In this document: piece by piece, positions 26,041 through 28,207 of the stretch
Layout: each line of letters opens with the position of its first letter
Numbering within the stretch: position 1 is the first letter of the stretch
Source: a virus
Lineage: Duplodnaviria > Caudoviricetes
Strand: one strand, 5' to 3'
Virus record (IMG/VR): IMGVR_UViG_3300020420_000646
Coordinates: 1 to 28,207 of that record
Length of the DNA stretch: 28,207 nucleotides
Program-made: the position numbers and the translations under genes
Notes under the pieces: generated by a model
What the model saw: only the letters and a program-made list of their open reading frames with translations
Database searches by the model: none
What the model was told of the DNA's origin: nothing

Positions 26041-27621
26041 ATGGCAAATAGAATACCTTTAGTAGTAGATACAGCAGACGGAAATAAAATAAAAGAATTA
26101 CCTATAGGTGATAATTTAAATTTAACCGGTTCTGGTATTACAGGTGCTGGTAGTATTTCAGCAACAAGTTTAACTCTTAACGGTGTTGTTTATAATCCAT
26201 TCAGTGGTGCTTATGCAGACCTTACAGGCAAACCAACCATTCCTACAACAACTGATGATATTACAGAAGGAAGTAAAAAATATTACACTGATGAAAGAGT
26301 AGACGATAGAATTGCTAATCTTTTCCAAGCAGGATCAGGCATTACTTTACAATATAATGATGCAAGTAATTTAATGACTATTTCCGCAACAGGCGGAGGC
26401 GGTGGTGGTGGATCTAGCACACTTGCAGGATTAACAGATACAACTATCGTTGCACCAATTACTGATCAATTTTTAAAATGGAACGGTAGTGCTTTTATAA
26501 ATTCAGGAATTGCTTATTCTAATGTTTCAGGAACACCAAATTTAGATACAGTGGCTACTTCAGGTAGTTACTTAGACTTATCAAACAAACCAAGTATTCC
26601 AAACGACATTGGTGATTTAACAGATGTGAACACTACATCTACTCCACCAACTTCAGGACAAGTTTTAAAATGGAGTGGAACACAATGGGCACCTGCAGAT
26701 GATATTACATCAGGTGGTGGCGGACTTAATGCAGATACACTTGATGGCTTTGATAGTACCTACTACTTAAACTTTACAAATTTAACTAACAAGCCAACGT
26801 ATGGTCAAAACAATTTAAACGATACTACCATTGGTGGCAATCTTGCTACTGGACATTTATTACAGTATAATGGAACTGCATGGACAAATGTAAACTTCCA
26901 ACCTAACTTTAGTATTTTACAAAACACACCAACAACACTTTCAGGTTATGGAATTACAGATTCACCAACTAACTTAACAGACTTAGGTGGCATTGCTTCA
27001 CCAAGTGGTGCAAATAAATTATTAGTATCAACTGGTACTCCAAACAGTTATGCTTGGCAAACATCAATAAGTGGATTAACATTAACTTCTGCAGGTAGCA
27101 TTGGATTTAGTGCAGGAGTTTCTATAAACGAATTTAGTTCTGATACTACTATGAGTGGAGCAAGTAGTTCTGCAGTTCCTACTGAAAGTGCTGTAAAAAC
27201 TTATGTTGATAATTCAATAGCAGGTATAAGTGTAGATGGTTTAGAATCAAGAAGCACAATTACAACAACGACAAATAGTATTGCAACAGGCGTAACAGAA
27301 AATAAAAACTTAACAGGATTCAAAGCATATGGTTTGATGAGTATCACAGTAAACAATGCGGCATGGGTAAGAGTATATACCAATAGTGCTAAACGTACTG
27401 CTGATGCATCAAGAAATGAAGGCACTGATCCAGGAACTGACAGTGGAGTAATTGCAGAAGTAATTACAACTGCTTCTGGCACAGTAGACTTTACTCCTGC
27501 TATCATTGGTTACAACAATGACGCAACTGTAGGCACTGACTTTTATGTTGCAATCACAAACAAAAGTGCCGGTACGGCTACAATAGAAGCATCATTTAAA
27601 ATATTGAAACTGGAGAGTTAA
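26041..27621 (+). CDS. Tail fibre-like structural protein
   Basis: Repeats YxDLxxKPxIP and GQVLKWxGxxW, ADTLDG motif, Gly-rich hinges. Confidence 0.75.
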   Translation: MANRIPLVVDTADGNKIKELPIGDNLNLTGSGITGAGSISATSLTLNGVVYNPFSGAYADLTGKPTIPTTTDDITEGSKKYYTDERVDDRIANLFQAGSGITLQYNDASNLMTISATGGGGGGGSSTLAGLTDTTIVAPITDQFLKWNGSAFINSGIAYSNVSGTPNLDTVATSGSYLDLSNKPSIPNDIGDLTDVNTTSTPPTSGQVLKWSGTQWAPADDITSGGGGLNADTLDGFDSTYYLNFTNLTNKPTYGQNNLNDTTIGGNLATGHLLQYNGTAWTNVNFQPNFSILQNTPTTLSGYGITDSPTNLTDLGGIASPSGANKLLVSTGTPNSYAWQTSISGLTLTSAGSIGFSAGVSINEFSSDTTMSGASSSAVPTESAVKTYVDNSIAGISVDGLESRSTITTTTNSIATGVTENKNLTGFKAYGLMSITVNNAAWVRVYTNSAKRTADASRNEGTDPGTDSGVIAEVITTASGTVDFTPAIIGYNNDATVGTDFYVAITNKSAGTATIEASFKILKLES

Positions 27622-28207
27622 ATGGACTTTTCCAAATATGTAAAACTTCAGGTTTACATGGTTACATTAAAAGACCATACTGACTTAGATGCGTTTTACA
27701 ATGACATGGAAACACCAGGCGGAGATCTGCACATACCTGATAGACAGGTAGGTGTTAACAATCGTAGAGATATAAGTCGTACAACAGAATATCATTTAAC
27801 AGAACAAGAAGCAGAACTTTTAAAGAACGATAATAGAGTTGCTTTCGTAGAACTTAATCCTAAAGACAGAGGAGTAAATGTTTTAGAAAGTCATATCTCA
27901 CAAACTGCAAACTTTCATAAATCACAAGGTGAATCATACACAAACAATACGTGGAAGAATTGGGGACTATGGAGAGTTTGGGACGGTAATCCAGCCAGTA
28001 ATGCATACCGTGGTAATAACACACAAACAATTAAATTAGGACTTACAGGAAAAAATGTTGATGCAGTAATCTGTGATGGTAATGGTGGTGCAGTAATGGA
28101 CGATCATCCTGAATTCCAAAAGAATGCAGATGGCTCAGGCGGAACAAGATTTTACGATTACAATTGGTATCAATGGAATCCGCAGGTAACAGGCGGAAGT
28201 GCAAGTA
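27622..28207 (+). CDS. Subtilisin-like (S8) serine protease, 3'-truncated (not in ORF track)
   Basis: GGAG SD, ATG 27622, open to the window end; prodomain-like EAELLKNDNRVAFVE, NWGL, TGKNVDAVICDG (catalytic Asp region), HPEF. Confidence 0.75.
   Translation, partial: MDFSKYVKLQVYMVTLKDHTDLDAFYNDMETPGGDLHIPDRQVGVNNRRDISRTTEYHLTEQEAELLKNDNRVAFVELNPKDRGVNVLESHISQTANFHKSQGESYTNNTWKNWGLWRVWDGNPASNAYRGNNTQTIKLGLTGKNVDAVICDGNGGAVMDDHPEFQKNADGSGGTRFYDYNWYQWNPQVTGGSAS

Noticed and set aside
26392-26412. GGN run
   Set aside because: Encodes a poly-Gly hinge in a fibre protein; not an independent repeat element.
19228-27506. Antisense ORFs inside structural genes (e.g. 19228..19749, 24319..24807, 27201..27506; similarly 9345..9626, 12531..12854, 13392..13706)
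   Set aside because: Pro/Val/Ser-rich mirror frames expected from Gly/Thr/Asn-rich sense genes; no SD or promoter support.
1-28207. Stop-codon reassignment as in some jumbo phages
   Set aside because: Coding density is near complete under code 11; TAA, TGA and TAG all end intact genes; no suppressor tRNA.
1-28207. CRISPR array, integrase, transposase, intron/intein or DGR
   Set aside because: No regularly spaced nucleotide repeats, recombinase or RT motifs seen; ligase, ClpP and UvsE are uninterrupted.

Overview
AT-rich, densely coding segment of a large T4-like (myovirus, probably jumbo) bacteriophage genome, most likely from an aquatic host. Evidence: T4 gp55-type late promoters (ATAAATA) alongside sigma70 promoters, giant virion proteins with T4 gp9/gp10-like N-termini, ATP-dependent DNA ligase and two CCA-ending tRNAs. 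Left part (1-9.2 kb): GNAT-fold protein, ClpP, a methyltransferase with protein-arginine-methyltransferase (PRMT) motifs, SGNH-like protein, WYL_2/SH3 protein, tRNA-Thr(UGU), an unusual tRNA-Arg(GCG), a PD-(D/E)xK-like nuclease and the ligase. Middle (9.2-19.1 kb): late fibre-like proteins, a membrane protein/lipoprotein pair, and an auxiliary cluster (glycosyltransferases, 2OG-Fe(II) oxygenase, QueD, UvsE, SOD, IscA/ErpA). Right (19.1-28.2 kb): virion structural genes and a truncated S8 protease. Best leads: a preQ1-I-riboswitch-like pseudoknot in the queD leader, the PRMT-like enzyme in a ClpP/GNAT operon, two SD-equipped +1-frame ORFs nested in uvsE, tRNA-Arg(GCG), and a tRNA that supplies the stop codon of a gene. 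All family calls are from motif recognition by eye; no searches were run.
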